Positions 37,752 to 52,147 of a stretch of DNA of 64,000 nucleotides are shown here, in pieces. Numbering within the stretch: position 1 is the first letter of the stretch; the number at the start of each line of letters is the position of its first letter. The position numbers and the translations under genes were made by a program. This DNA comes from Escherichia coli (GTDB taxonomy: Bacteria; Pseudomonadota; Gammaproteobacteria; Enterobacterales; Enterobacteriaceae). The stretch is from the NCBI RefSeq assembly GCF_048403405.1, contig NZ_CP183129.1, one strand, 5' to 3'. Under the pieces are notes generated by a model. The model saw nothing but the letters and a program-made list of their open reading frames with translations, searched no databases and was not told the DNA's origin.

Positions 37752-38546
37752 ATGACATTACCAACCACTATTTATTCATTTCCTGCATATTCACCCCGTT
37801 TTTCGTCCACCGACAAACCAGTAAAATTAAAATTTCATCAATACGCACGCGCTACATTACTTTCAAATCGTGGAAGAGACCATAATTGCGATGGCAGACA
37901 TACTGTTGAGATCCACAAACTAGATCTCTCAGACTGGCAAGCATTCAATAAGTTAGCGACGAGGTGTAATACTTACGATGGAATAACAATGAATGGTGAT
38001 AATTCTTTTGGATGGAACCATGAAGCTACATTAGATAATATTCACGCCCAGAAATACAATAAAGCTTACGCGGGTGCGAGGTTAACCGCAGAACTGAAAT
38101 ATTTATTGCAAGATGTTGAATCCTTCGAACCCAACAGTAAATACACAATACACGAGGTTGTTTTGGGACCTGGTTATAGTACTCCAGACTATACCGGCCA
38201 AACGATAGGATACGTTGTAACCCTTCCTGCCCAAATGCCTAATTGCTGGTCATCTGAACTACCAACAATCGATCTTTATATCGACCAACTTCGCACTGTT
38301 ACAGGCGTTTCTAATGCCCTCGGATTCATCATTGCTGCATTGCTAAACGCGTATTCTGATTTACCCCATGATTTGAAAATTGGTCTGCGTTCCTTATCAA
38401 GTTCAGCAGCAATCTACTCGGGTTTGGGTTTCGAGCGAGTGCCGCAGGAGCGAGACATAAGGAGTGATCGTATGCATCTAACGCCAGCAAACCATCCTGA
38501 ATTATGGACACAAGAGAATGGTGAATGGATCTACTTGCGAAACTAA
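37752..38546 (+). CDS. yjfZ: uncharacterised protein YjfZ (AT-rich orphan gene)
   Basis: 264 aa; AT-rich; preceded by a 347-bp AT-rich non-coding region. Confidence 0.8.
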   Translation: MTLPTTIYSFPAYSPRFSSTDKPVKLKFHQYARATLLSNRGRDHNCDGRHTVEIHKLDLSDWQAFNKLATRCNTYDGITMNGDNSFGWNHEATLDNIHAQKYNKAYAGARLTAELKYLLQDVESFEPNSKYTIHEVVLGPGYSTPDYTGQTIGYVVTLPAQMPNCWSSELPTIDLYIDQLRTVTGVSNALGFIIAALLNAYSDLPHDLKIGLRSLSSSAAIYSGLGFERVPQERDIRSDRMHLTPANHPELWTQENGEWIYLRN

Positions 38547-38566
38547 TACCTAACGAAAAATAGAAA

Positions 38567-38597
38567 GCAAAACGCCGACCAGTGGTCGGCGTTTTTA
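38567..38597. terminator. bidirectional rho-independent terminator between yjfZ and rplI
   Basis: aacgccgacc-agt-ggtcggcgtt perfect 10-bp stem with A-run upstream and ttttt downstream. Confidence 0.8.
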
Positions 38598-38616
38598 CGT
38601 CTCGTTGAATAACGAA

Positions 38617-39078
<462 letters not shown>

Positions 39079-39107
39079 TCAAAGTCGTATTAATGGACCG
39101 TGACCGA

Positions 39108-39654
<547 letters not shown>

Positions 39655-39660
39655 CAGAAA

Positions 39661-40074
<414 letters not shown>

Positions 40075-40382
40075 TTATTCAGCCTCCTGTCTGGGTCAGC
40101 CGAATCCCGGGGAGGCAAGGAACGTGTTAAAGGTCGGCTGAAAAATGACGCGTTATAGTACTGACATACCCCGCTAAACTCAAGGCCAGCCGACAAATAA
40201 ATCTCATCTTTCACCAAATCGTACTAACACGCTGATTTGAAGTTCATCACACTTCATCATGGTGTTTTTTTGAACAACTGCATCAGAAATGGTCACCATC
40301 AACTTCTTTATCATTGATTAAAATTAAATCAGAAGATCATCACAGAGGAGAGCACACAAAGTCAGCCGTTGAGGAGGTATCT

Positions 40383-40658
40383 ATGTTCAGTCGTGTTTTA
40401 GCCCTTCTGGCTGTGCTTTTGCTAAGTGCAAATACATGGGCAGCCATTGAAATTAATAACCACCAGGCCAGAAATATGGACGATGTGCAAAGCTTAGGCG
40501 TGATTTATATCAACCATAACTTCGCCACTGAAAGTGAAGCACGTCAGGCATTAAATGAAGAGACAGATGCGCAGGGCGCAACGTACTACCATCCGATCCT
40601 GATACGGGAACCGGGAAGTAACGGCAATATGCACGCCAGCGCGGATATTTATCGCTAG
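40383..40658 (+). CDS. yjfY: DUF1471 (YdgH/BhsA/McbA-family) small secreted protein
   Basis: 91 aa from ATG 40383 with gaggagg SD; signal peptide; C-terminal ATYYHPI...ADIYR motif. Confidence 0.88.
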   Translation: MFSRVLALLAVLLLSANTWAAIEINNHQARNMDDVQSLGVIYINHNFATESEARQALNEETDAQGATYYHPILIREPGSNGNMHASADIYR

Positions 40659-40697
40659 CACCAGGTATAACCAACGAAACATTGCCATAGTTTGCTT

Positions 40698-40722
40698 TGC
40701 CCCCTTCGCAGGGGGCTTTTTT
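40698..40722 (+). terminator. rho-independent terminator of yjfY
   Basis: gccccc-ttcgca-gggggc followed by ttttttt. Confidence 0.8.
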
Positions 40723-40786
40723 TGAAAAACGGCTGCGGAATTAGACCAGTTATCTCCCGAAGAAGGAAATTTCCGCAGCGCGTGTT

Positions 40787-41473
40787 TTACTTCTGCCCGT
40801 AATAAGCGTTGGGACCGTGCTTACGCATGAAGTGTTTATTCATGAGGTAGCTGTCGATGTGATTCAATTGTGGGTTAATGCCGCGGGCAATCCACGCCAT
40901 TTTTGCCACTTCTTCCATCACCACCGCGTTATGCACCGCATCGTGAGCATCTTTCCCCCAGGCGAACGGCCCGTGCTGGTACACCACAATCCCCGGTGTA
41001 TGCAGAGGCTCGGCGTTGCCCAGCGTTTCGATAATCACTTTGCCGGTGTTCAGTTCGTACTCACCCTGCACCTCTTCTTCGCTTAATCCGCGCGTACACG
41101 GGATATCACCAAAGAAGTAGTCGGCGTGCGTAGTGCCTAACGCCGGGATCGCCAGCCCCGCCTGCGCCCATGCGGTAGCATGAGTGGAGTGGGTATGGAC
41201 AATGCCGCCAAGCGACGGATAACGACGGTAGAGTTCGAGATGCGTCGCGGTGTCGGAAGACGGGCGATATTCCCCTTCCACCACCTTGCCGCTCATATCA
41301 ACCACCACCATATCGGCCGCTTTCATGGTTTCGTAGGCAACGCCGCTGGGCTTGATCACCACCAGCCCGCGTTCGCGGTCAATGGCGCTGACGTTGCCCC
41401 AGGTAAAGGTCACCAGCCCGTAGCGCGGCAGATCCATGTTGGCTTCAAATACCTGCTGTTTTAGCTTTTGCAT
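40787..41473 (-). CDS. ulaF: L-ribulose-5-phosphate 4-epimerase
   Basis: 228 aa from [10 protein letters not shown]; class II aldolase/adducin family; start codon shares 1 nt with the ulaE stop. Confidence 0.95.
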   Translation of the reverse strand: MQKLKQQVFEANMDLPRYGLVTFTWGNVSAIDRERGLVVIKPSGVAYETMKAADMVVVDMSGKVVEGEYRPSSDTATHLELYRRYPSLGGIVHTHSTHATAWAQAGLAIPALGTTHADYFFGDIPCTRGLSEEEVQGEYELNTGKVIIETLGNAEPLHTPGIVVYQHGPFAWGKDAHDAVHNAVVMEEVAKMAWIARGINPQLNHIDSYLMNKHFMRKHGPNAYYGQK

Positions 41474-42327
41474 TATGCCGCCTCCACCATGCCCGCTTTC
41501 GCCATGCGCGCTTTCACCCAATCACGCGCTTTCGCCACTTCTGCCGCCGGGTCTTCCGCCGTTTCGCTCCACATCTCAATCAGGTACGGCCCGCAATAGC
41601 CACTCTGTTTGAGCGTTTCGAAGCAACGTTCGAAATCCACCACACCTTCGCCAAACGGCACGTTTTTGAAGACGCCTGGTTTGGTGTCTTTCACATGCAC
41701 CGCGACGATATGCCCAATTCCGGCCTGCAATTCCATCTGCACGTCGTTGTCCCACGCCGACAGGTTGCCGATATCCGGGTAGAGCTGGAACCACGGGTTG
41801 TTGAGATAGTGCGCGTAACCCAACGCCTTACTGATGGAGTTCATCAACGGGTAATCCATGATCTCCATCGCCAGCGTCACCTGCGCGCGGCTTGCCATCT
41901 CAACGCTCTCTTTCAGGCCGTCACGGAAACGACGACGCGTTTCGTTATTGGCTTCCTGATAGTAAACGTCATAGCCCGCCAGTTGGATTACGCGAATGCC
42001 AACGTCCTGGGCGAACTGGATAGCTTTACGCATAATCTCCAGCCCCTGCGCCCGTACCGCGTCATCTTCGCTGCCCAGCGGGAAACGACGATGAGCAGAA
42101 AGGCACATGGACGGTACGCGCACGCCGGTTTCAACAATCGCATTCACCAGCGCCAGACGCTGCTCGCGGCTCCAGTCGAGGCGCGACAGGCGATCGTCTG
42201 TTTCATCTACCGACATCTCGACAAAATCGAAGCCTAACGTTTTTGCCAGTTGCAGCCGTTCCAGCCAGCACTCCCCGGCGGGAAGCGCTTTTTCATAGAT
42301 GCCAAGCGGGATTTGTTTGGACAACAT
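41473..42327 (-). CDS. ulaE: L-ribulose-5-phosphate 3-epimerase
   Basis: 284 aa; xylose isomerase-like TIM barrel. Confidence 0.95.
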   Translation of the reverse strand: MLSKQIPLGIYEKALPAGECWLERLQLAKTLGFDFVEMSVDETDDRLSRLDWSREQRLALVNAIVETGVRVPSMCLSAHRRFPLGSEDDAVRAQGLEIMRKAIQFAQDVGIRVIQLAGYDVYYQEANNETRRRFRDGLKESVEMASRAQVTLAMEIMDYPLMNSISKALGYAHYLNNPWFQLYPDIGNLSAWDNDVQMELQAGIGHIVAVHVKDTKPGVFKNVPFGEGVVDFERCFETLKQSGYCGPYLIEMWSETAEDPAAEVAKARDWVKARMAKAGMVEAA

Positions 42328-42336
42328 ATCCGCTCC

Positions 42337-42987
42337 TTAGCCCCACAGTTCGGCAATGGAACGTTTGAACTGACGCGCAGCTTCAACCGGAGAAGCGGCA
42401 TCACGGATACTGCGACCAGCGATAAACACATGAATCGGAATGCCTTTGAACAGCGGCAGATCTTCCAGCGCCAGGCCACCGGTGACGGTCACTTTAAAGC
42501 CCATATCGGACAGACGTTTGATCGCGGTAATGTCAGCTTCGCCCCACGCCACGCCTGCGGCCTGCGCGTCACGGCTGCGGTGATAAACCACCTGCTGAAT
42601 ACCTGCGTCGCGCCACTGTTGCGCCTGTTCCCAGGTCCAGTAACCGGTCAGTTCGATCTGCACGTCGCCGTTAAACTCTTTTGCCACGTCCAGCGCACCT
42701 TTGGCGGTGTTGATATCCGCACAGCAAATCACGGTCACCCAGTCAGCGTTGGCTTCAAAGCACATACGAGAAAGGATTTTGCCCGCATCGGCAATTTTGG
42801 CGTCTGCCAGCACGATTTTGTGCGGGTAAAGCGCTTTCAGATCGCGAACCGCACGCACGCCTTCGCCCACGCACAGAATGGTACCCACTTCGATAATGTC
42901 GACTTCTTCGGCAATCAGGCGAGTGGTTTCATAGGCGCTATCCATAGTCTGGTTGTCCAGCGCGACCTGCAACATCGGTAATGACAT
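42337..42987 (-). CDS. ulaD: 3-keto-L-gulonate-6-phosphate decarboxylase
   Basis: 216 aa from [11 protein letters not shown]; OMP decarboxylase-like. Confidence 0.95.
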   Translation of the reverse strand: MSLPMLQVALDNQTMDSAYETTRLIAEEVDIIEVGTILCVGEGVRAVRDLKALYPHKIVLADAKIADAGKILSRMCFEANADWVTVICCADINTAKGALDVAKEFNGDVQIELTGYWTWEQAQQWRDAGIQQVVYHRSRDAQAAGVAWGEADITAIKRLSDMGFKVTVTGGLALEDLPLFKGIPIHVFIAGRSIRDAASPVEAARQFKRSIAELWG

Positions 42988-43000
42988 GTTCAATTCCTTC

Positions 43001-43465
43001 TTAAGCTGCCGCGTTGGTGCGGTCAATTAAATCCAGTACTTCCTGCTCGGTACGGCAGGCACGTAAACGGTCGAAATTCTCTTCATCTTCAAACAGATTG
43101 ACGATCTGCATGATGCCCACTTCCTGGTGAGTGTTGGCATCGACCGCCGCCATGGTGATGAGGATATCCACCGGATCGTTATCTTCGTGGTTGAACTCCA
43201 GCGGCTTTTTCAGCGTCACTAGCGCAAAACCGGTTTTCTTAACGCCCTCTTCCGGGCGACCGTGCGGCATTGCCAGGCCTGGTGCGAGCACAAAGTACGG
43301 ACCGTGCTGTTCAACCGCATCCAGAATCGCCTGGTAGTAACGCGGCTCGACAACATCCGCCGCTACCAGCAGGTCAACGCCGATTTTTACTGCGTCCTGC
43401 CATGTCTCAGCTTCAGCCTGCAGGCGGATGGATTTATTTTCCGCCAGCGAATCACGTAATTTCAT
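43001..43465 (-). CDS. ulaC: ascorbate-specific PTS EIIA component
   Basis: 154 aa. Confidence 0.95.
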   Translation of the reverse strand: MKLRDSLAENKSIRLQAEAETWQDAVKIGVDLLVAADVVEPRYYQAILDAVEQHGPYFVLAPGLAMPHGRPEEGVKKTGFALVTLKKPLEFNHEDNDPVDILITMAAVDANTHQEVGIMQIVNLFEDEENFDRLRACRTEQEVLDLIDRTNAAA

Positions 43466-43474
43466 GGCGCGTCC

Positions 43475-43780
43475 TTACTTCACATCCTGCGGGAAATGCG
43501 CTTTGATCACTTCCAGCAGTTTCGGGCCAAAGTCAGCAGGAGAGAGCATGTTGCGCACGCCAACCACGTATTTGTTGCCGGTCACGGTGATTTCGCCCGC
43601 AATGTGCGTAGAAGCGATGATGATATCCGCGCCGCTCAACTCGCTTTTGTATTCGCCAACCGCGCAGCTGTTTACCGTGTGGTCAATGTTTGATTGGGTT
43701 AAAAACTGGTCCACTTTCATCTTCATGATCATGGAACTGCCTTGTCCGTTGCCACACACAGCCAGAATACGTACGGTCAT
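43475..43780 (-). CDS. ulaB: ascorbate-specific PTS EIIB component
   Basis: 101 aa from [12 protein letters not shown]. Confidence 0.95.
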   Translation of the reverse strand: MTVRILAVCGNGQGSSMIMKMKVDQFLTQSNIDHTVNSCAVGEYKSELSGADIIIASTHIAGEITVTGNKYVVGVRNMLSPADFGPKLLEVIKAHFPQDVK

Positions 43781-43795
43781 AATCAAAACTCCTTA

Positions 43796-45547
<1,752 letters not shown>

Positions 45548-46612
45548 ATGAGTAAAGTGAAAAGTATCACCCGTGAATCCTGGATCCTGAGCACTTTCCC
45601 GGAGTGGGGTAGCTGGCTGAATGAAGAAATTGAACAAGAGCAGGTCGCCCCTGGCACATTTGCGATGTGGTGGCTAGGCTGCACCGGGATCTGGCTGAAA
45701 TCAGAAGGTGGCACCAACGTTTGCGTTGATTTCTGGTGCGGCACTGGCAAACAAAGTCACGGTAACCCGTTAATGAAACAGGGTCACCAGATGCAGCGCA
45801 TGGCTGGCGTGAAAAAACTGCAGCCAAACCTGCGCACCACCCCGTTTGTTCTTGATCCGTTTGCGATTCGCCAGATCGACGCGGTACTGGCGACTCACGA
45901 TCACAACGATCATATCGACGTTAACGTCGCTGCTGCCGTGATGCAGAACTGTGCTGATGACGTACCGTTCATTGGACCGAAAACCTGCGTTGATTTGTGG
46001 ATTGGCTGGGGCGTACCGAAAGAGCGTTGCATCGTGGTCAAACCGGGCGATGTTGTAAAAGTGAAAGACATTGAAATTCATGCGCTTGACGCTTTCGACC
46101 GTACTGCACTGATCACCCTGCCTGCCGATCAAAAAGCGGCTGGCGTACTGCCAGATGGCATGGACGATCGCGCAGTAAACTACCTGTTCAAAACCCCTGG
46201 CGGTTCCCTGTATCACAGTGGCGATTCCCACTACTCTAACTATTATGCGAAGCACGGTAACGAACATCAGATCGATGTGGCGTTAGGATCGTACGGTGAG
46301 AACCCGCGCGGTATTACCGACAAAATGACCAGCGCCGATATGCTGCGTATGGGTGAAGCCCTGAATGCGAAAGTGGTTATCCCGTTCCACCACGACATCT
46401 GGTCAAACTTTCAGGCCGATCCGCAAGAAATCCGCGTGCTGTGGGAGATGAAAAAAGATCGTCTGAAGTATGGCTTCAAGCCGTTTATCTGGCAGGTGGG
46501 CGGCAAATTTACCTGGCCGTTGGATAAAGACAACTTCGAGTACCACTATCCGCGTGGTTTCGATGATTGCTTCACTATTGAACCGGATCTGCCGTTCAAG
46601 TCATTCCTGTAA
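45548..46612 (+). CDS. ulaG: L-ascorbate-6-phosphate lactonase (metallo-beta-lactamase fold)
   Basis: 354 aa from MSKVKSIT (ATG 45548). Confidence 0.95.
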
Positions 46613-46625
46613 TCTGTCGTTTATA

Positions 46626-46657
46626 CCGGATAGCGTGGAGTAGTTCGCGCTATCCGG
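46626..46657 (+). terminator. hairpin downstream of ulaG
   Basis: ccggatagcg (46626-46635) pairs with cgctatccgg (46648-46657), 12-nt loop, followed by cgtagtatttcc. Confidence 0.5.
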
Positions 46658-46719
46658 CGTAGTATTTCCTGGCTATTTCAAATATCATCTAAAAAAATCA
46701 AATTTTATCGGAATAGCTC

Positions 46720-47475
46720 ATGACTGAAGCACAAAGACATCAAATCCTCCTGGAAATGCTCGCACAATTGGGCTTTGTGACCGTTGAGAAAGTCGTTGAG
46801 CGTCTGGGAATTTCGCCTGCCACTGCGCGACGCGATATCAATAAACTTGACGAAAGCGGCAAACTGAAAAAAGTGCGCAATGGCGCAGAAGCTATTACCC
46901 AGCAGCGCCCACGCTGGACGCCGATGAATCTGCATCAGGCGCAGAATCACGATGAAAAAGTACGTATTGCTAAAGCGGCCTCGCAGCTGGTTAATCCGGG
47001 CGAAAGCGTAGTCATCAACTGCGGCTCCACCGCGTTTCTGCTTGGGCGGGAAATGTGTGGCAAGCCTGTGCAAATCATCACTAATTATCTACCGCTGGCA
47101 AATTACCTGATCGATCAGGAGCATGACAGCGTGATCATTATGGGCGGACAATACAACAAAAGTCAGTCCATCACTTTAAGCCCGCAAGGCAGCGAAAACA
47201 GTCTCTATGCCGGGCACTGGATGTTTACCAGCGGCAAAGGGCTGACAGCAGAAGGGTTGTATAAAACCGATATGCTGACGGCAATGGCAGAGCAGAAGAT
47301 GCTAAGCGTGGTAGGGAAACTGGTGGTACTGGTTGATAGCAGTAAGATTGGCGAACGCGCGGGAATGCTTTTTAGCCGTGCCGATCAAATCGATATGCTG
47401 ATCACCGGCAAAAATGCTAACCCGGAAATCCTGCAACAACTGGAAGCGCAAGGGGTCAGCATTCTGCGTGTTTAA
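46720..47475 (+). CDS. ulaR: DeoR-family repressor of the ula regulon
   Basis: 251 aa; N-terminal HTH, DeoR C-terminal sugar-phosphate domain. Confidence 0.95.
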
Positions 47476-48221
47476 AGATGCTGCCGGAAAAATGTCACGG
47501 CAGCATCTAACGCCTCAGGCGTAATGCGGTGACGCACGCCTGGCTGCCATGAACAGGTTAGCAGTTTATCCCGTCCCGTCTCGCTTAAGGCCTGCTGCAA
47601 ACGTAGTGATTCGTCGGCAGGCACGACGTCATCGTCAAGGCCATGCCACAGCAGTAGAGGTCTGTCACCAAGTTGTTCCAGGTGGTTTGTCGCTTCCCAC
47701 TCTGCCAGCGGCGCGACAATGTTATTGAATTCATTCTGCTGTGCTGCCGTTTCAGGTATCAGCGGTGGAAACAGTGAACGGGCGAGCGATGTAAAATAGC
47801 CCGATCCCATCATGCTGGCGGTACATTTCACCGTGGGGTGGCGAGCGGTAATTCCCAGTGCCGTCATCGCGCCCATCGACGCGCCACCGACTGCCAGACG
47901 GTCAGCAAGCAGCCAGTTTTCTTCGGCTATTGCCGCACGTAACGTAGTGAATTCCTGCATGCTTTGTAGCAAAATTTGCCAAAATTGATTTAACCGCCGC
48001 GCTGCGTCGCCCCTAAAACGGCTACCGTGATCGGGCGCATCCGGCATGATCACTCGCAAACCAGCCTGCGCCAGCGCAACGGCAAAATAGCTATACACCA
48101 GACTGGACGAAGTAAAGCCGTGATAAAAAATCGCGCACGGTAACGGGGTATCTTTTTGCCCGGCAGGATAAGCATGAAGAACGGGAATATCTGCCAGCTC
48201 GCGTGATTCTATTTCAATCAT
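47472..48221 (-). CDS. yjfP: esterase YjfP (alpha/beta hydrolase)
   Basis: 249 aa; GxSxG motif GGASMGA; stop codon overlaps the ulaR stop. Confidence 0.93.
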
Positions 48222-48402
48222 CTGTCTCTCCTTTTTGTCTGGTATGACATGAAGAAATCCTTAGCACAAGTTTCTGCTGGCGGTATTAGTTCATAATGTT
48301 GAGATGTGGGTTACGCTTTCGTCACGTTTTCATTCGAAAATCGCGTACCAGGTAACAATTCGGGAACATTCCCCCAAAGTTAAATTAATAAGGCACTACA
48401 CT

Positions 48403-48732
48403 ATGGTTAGCAGGAAACGTAATAGCGTTATTTACCGGTTTGCCAGTTTATTATTGGTGTTGATGTTAAGTGCCTGTAGCGCACTGCAAGGTACGCCACA
48501 GCCAGCACCGCCAGTAACGGACCATCCGCAAGAGATTCGCCGCGACCAGACGCAAGGGTTACAGCGAATAGGTAGCGTAAGCACGATGGTTCGGGGTTCT
48601 CCGGATGACGCATTAGCAGAAATCAGAGCGAAAGCTGTCGCTGCAAAAGTTGATTATTACGTTGTCGTCATGGTGGACGAAACCATCGTGACAGGACAGT
48701 GGTATTCACAAGCCATTTTGTACCGTAAATAA
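48403..48732 (+). CDS. bsmA: biofilm/stress lipoprotein BsmA (YjfO), DUF1471-like
   Basis: 109 aa from ATG 48403; lipobox LSAC; the ORF-track call is extended. Confidence 0.9.
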   Translation: MVSRKRNSVIYRFASLLLVLMLSACSALQGTPQPAPPVTDHPQEIRRDQTQGLQRIGSVSTMVRGSPDDALAEIRAKAVAAKVDYYVVVMVDETIVTGQWYSQAILYRK

Positions 48733-48880
48733 ATCAGACAACTTACATAGTCAGCTTTACATTGCTTTGCGTCCCTATGCGTTTACCTGTGCACAATAAA
48801 TTACCGGCTGGAAGCTCGGGCGTTTATTACCGCGATGGAATGCCCTGCAACATGTGGGGAAACGAAAAATGGAGCTGACG

Positions 48881-49156
48881 ATGAAACAATTACTTGCCTC
48901 ACCCTCGCTGCAATTAGTGACTTATCCTGCGAGCGCCACGGCACAGTCTGCAGAATTCGCCAGTGCTGACTGCGTGACAGGCCTGAATGAAATAGGTCAG
49001 ATCTCAGTTAGCAATATTTCAGGGGATCCGCAGGACGTGGAACGTATCGTGGCGTTAAAGGCCGATGAACAAGGTGCGTCATGGTACCGCATTATTACCA
49101 TGTACGAAGACCAGCAGCCTGATAACTGGCGCGTACAGGCGATACTGTATGCATGA
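48881..49156 (+). CDS. yjfN: DUF1471 small secreted protein YjfN
   Basis: 91 aa from ATG 48881 with ggag SD; signal peptide. Confidence 0.88.
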   Translation: MKQLLASPSLQLVTYPASATAQSAEFASADCVTGLNEIGQISVSNISGDPQDVERIVALKADEQGASWYRIITMYEDQQPDNWRVQAILYA

Positions 49157-49181
49157 GTATCATCTACAGCAAATGAACAAT

Positions 49182-49215
49182 GCCGGATGCGGCGCGAGCG
49201 CCTTGTCCGGCCTAT
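49182..49215. repeat. REP element
   Basis: gccggatgcggcgcgagcgccttgtccggcctat between the convergent yjfN and aidB. Confidence 0.85.
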
Positions 49216-49272
49216 AATTTTCACATATTTCATTGAGTTAATTGAAACCAGCGTTGCATCAGTCGTATACGC

Positions 49273-50898
49273 TTACACACACACTCCCCCCGTCGCCCGC
49301 AGCAATAAATCATTCTGGATCTGCTCTGACAACCGTACGCCGCCGCGCGTATCTAACATCACCTGACACCACGCCTGCGCCATTGGCGGAGAGGCATATT
49401 TCAACATTTGCGCACCGCAGCCCAGCAGGAATAGCTGATGAGTAATCTCTCGCCCCAGTTCTTCAGCAGGCTTACGCAGCTGCTGCTGTAAACGACGTAC
49501 CGCGCGATCAAAATAGCGATCCTGCCCTTTCACTTCCACAAATGCTTCCGACAATAAGTCGTATACACCCGCTTGCTTATTGAGCACGCGCAGTACATCC
49601 AGGCACATAATATTACCGGAACCTTCCCAAATACTGTTTACCGGTATCTCCCGGTAAAGCCGCGGCAGCTCGCTCTCCTCGCAATAACCAATGCCGCCCA
49701 GCACCTCCATCGCTTCGGCCACAAACGGCATACCTCGTTTGCAGATCACAAATTTCGCCGCAGGCGTAAATAAACGCGCCCACAGAGCTTCTTTGGCATC
49801 GGCACGCCGGTCCCACGCTCGCGCAAGACGAAACAGCAACGCCGTTTGCCCTTCAAGCTGAAGTGCCATGCGACTTAAGACATGACGCATAAGGGGCTGT
49901 TGGATCAATGGATTACCAAAAACATGGCGTTGATGTGCATGATAAATCGCTAGCGAAAATGCACGGCGCATCATGGCATGGCTACCCAGGGCGCAATCAA
50001 AACGCGTCATCCCACCCATTTTCAGGATCAGACGAATTCCTTCCCCTTCCTGCCCCAACAACCAGCCAATGGCATCCTGAAACTCCACTTCGCAGCTGGC
50101 GTTAGAGCGATTACCCAGCTTATCTTTCAGCCGCTCGAGGCGAATCGCGTTGCGTTGCCCGTCAGGCAAAAAGCGCGGCACAAAAAAGCAGGACAAACCG
50201 CCCGTAGTCTGCGCCAGCACCAGATGCGCATCGCTTTGCGGCACCGAGAAAAACCATTTATGCCCCACCAGCCGATAAGAGCCATCTTCCAGGCGCTCTG
50301 CGCGGGTGGTGTTGCTCATGACATCGGAACCGCCCTGCTTTTCCGTCATTCCCATGCCAATCAACAAACCGCGTTTTTGCCCACCTGGCAATAAGTGAGA
50401 ATCGTAGCGATCGCTCAACAGCGGCGTGGTCCAGTCCTGAAACGGCGCGGGTAACATCTGTAACAGCAATGGCATGGCGGCAAAGGTCATCGTTATCGGA
50501 CATAACGACCCTGCCTCAACCTGTGCGTGCAACATAAAACGCGCCGCGCGCGCCACAAATGCGCCGGAGCGAGCGTCTTCTTCCCAGGCAAGATTGTGCA
50601 CCCGATTGGTACATAGCGCCTGCATCAGCAGGTGCCAGGCGGGGTGAAAACGCACATCGTCCAGACGCCGCCCCTGGGCATCGTAGCGCAATAATTCAGG
50701 CGGATTCACATTCGCCAGCCGCCCCAGTTCAAGGGATTCAGCCGTCCCTAACTGCTGACCAATACTGGCTAGAAAATCGCTATCCCAGCCAGCACCTTCA
50801 CGCGTTACCGCTTCGCAGAGCGCGCCATCAGACAGGTATAAGTTGCTGTTATTTAATGGCATAGGTTGATTAAAAACGGTGTGAGTTTGCCAGTGCAC
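49273..50898 (-). CDS. aidB: adaptive-response protein AidB (acyl-CoA dehydrogenase family)
   Basis: 541 aa if the GTG at 50896-50898 is used (MVHWQT...); an in-frame ATG at 50913 would give 546 aa. Confidence 0.92.
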   Translation of the reverse strand: MHWQTHTVFNQPMPLNNSNLYLSDGALCEAVTREGAGWDSDFLASIGQQLGTAESLELGRLANVNPPELLRYDAQGRRLDDVRFHPAWHLLMQALCTNRVHNLAWEEDARSGAFVARAARFMLHAQVEAGSLCPITMTFAAMPLLLQMLPAPFQDWTTPLLSDRYDSHLLPGGQKRGLLIGMGMTEKQGGSDVMSNTTRAERLEDGSYRLVGHKWFFSVPQSDAHLVLAQTTGGLSCFFVPRFLPDGQRNAIRLERLKDKLGNRSNASCEVEFQDAIGWLLGQEGEGIRLILKMGGMTRFDCALGSHAMMRRAFSLAIYHAHQRHVFGNPLIQQPLMRHVLSRMALQLEGQTALLFRLARAWDRRADAKEALWARLFTPAAKFVICKRGMPFVAEAMEVLGGIGYCEESELPRLYREIPVNSIWEGSGNIMCLDVLRVLNKQAGVYDLLSEAFVEVKGQDRYFDRAVRRLQQQLRKPAEELGREITHQLFLLGCGAQMLKYASPPMAQAWCQVMLDTRGGVRLSEQIQNDLLLRATGGVCV

Positions 50899-50981
50899 TG
50901 TGTCTCCCTCCATCAATGGCAGTCACCATTAGTATGGTCACTGCCATGGATTCATGACAGAAAGAGATTGCTAAAACATTC

Positions 50982-52145
50982 TTATCCAGCAATGTAATGC
51001 GGAACGAAACGTGAGGTGTCTTTGGTGATCAGCGTGTTATCTTCACGGATCCCCATTCCGCACGCTTCATCATCGACAATCCAGCTACCGATGAGTGTGT
51101 AGCTATCGCCAAATCGCGGCAGAGGTTGAAACGCCTGGTAGATCATCGGTTCATCGGCGTAATCACCATCAGCGTGGTCAACGACGTTATTCTGACCGTC
51201 GAAAATGGTGACGTTTCCGCCTTCGCGTGAGTAGATCGGTTTACGCACATAGCTTTCGCCAGCGGCAATCTGCGGTTTTTCGCCCTCAAACCAGGATGCA
51301 AGAAGGTTAGGATGACCAGGAAAGAAGCGCCAAAGCAGCGGCATTAACCCTTTGTTGCTCAAGATACTTTTCCATAACGGCTCCACCCATTGCTCGCGGC
51401 GCTTGCGCAGCAGCGGACCGTTATCGTCACGCATCATCCACTCCAGCGGATACAGCTTAAATGCACGCTGGATGACATTATCATCAAGATCGGTCAGTAC
51501 GCCGCCGACGCCCAAACCGAGATCTTCAATGTAGATAAACCGCGACTCCTGCCCTGCCTGCTGGGCGCAGTCCTGCAAGTACAGCACGGTACTCCTGTCT
51601 TCATCGGTGTCCTGACAGCAGCAAAAATAAAACGGTTCCCGACTGTAAAGCTCGCTAAAGCGCGAAATCAGGCGTTCCTGAATGGCATTGTACTGATCGG
51701 CATCACGCGGAATAATGCCGCTGCGCCGGGCATCCTCCAGCCACAGCCACTGGAAATAAGCCGATTCATACAACGAGGTTGGCGTATCGGCGTTGTACTC
51801 CAGCAGCTTCACCGGCGCATTGCCACACCAGGCAAAATCCATCCGGCCATAGAGCGAAGGATCGCGTGCGCGCCAGCTTTCGGCGATCACATCCCAGTAC
51901 AACGGCGGGATCGCCAGTTGCGTCAGGATCTCTTCGTCTTTAACCGCGCAATCCACCACCTCAAGGCACATCTGATGCAGTTCCGCAGTTGGTTTTTCGA
52001 TCTGCTCTTCAATCTGACGCAGGGTAAAGCGGTAAGCCCGACTCTCATCCCAATAGATTTCATTGTCGATGATATGAAAGTCGAAACCGTTGTCAGCGGC
52101 GATCTGGTCCAGATCCCGCCGCACAGGAACGTTGTGTCTCAGCAT
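50982..52145 (-). CDS. yjfC: ATP-grasp protein, glutathionylspermidine-synthetase-like (YjfC)
   Basis: 387 aa from MLRHNVPV (ATG 52143-52145); last gene of the yjfIJKLMC cluster. Confidence 0.88.
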   Translation of the reverse strand: MLRHNVPVRRDLDQIAADNGFDFHIIDNEIYWDESRAYRFTLRQIEEQIEKPTAELHQMCLEVVDCAVKDEEILTQLAIPPLYWDVIAESWRARDPSLYGRMDFAWCGNAPVKLLEYNADTPTSLYESAYFQWLWLEDARRSGIIPRDADQYNAIQERLISRFSELYSREPFYFCCCQDTDEDRSTVLYLQDCAQQAGQESRFIYIEDLGLGVGGVLTDLDDNVIQRAFKLYPLEWMMRDDNGPLLRKRREQWVEPLWKSILSNKGLMPLLWRFFPGHPNLLASWFEGEKPQIAAGESYVRKPIYSREGGNVTIFDGQNNVVDHADGDYADEPMIYQAFQPLPRFGDSYTLIGSWIVDDEACGMGIREDNTLITKDTSRFVPHYIAG

Positions 52146-52147
52146 GA

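Noticed and set aside
40732-40778. 8-bp inverted repeat ctgcggaa...ttccgcag downstream of ulaF
   Set aside because: A 31-nt loop makes a stable terminator hairpin doubtful, although a T-run follows on the minus strand; left uncalled
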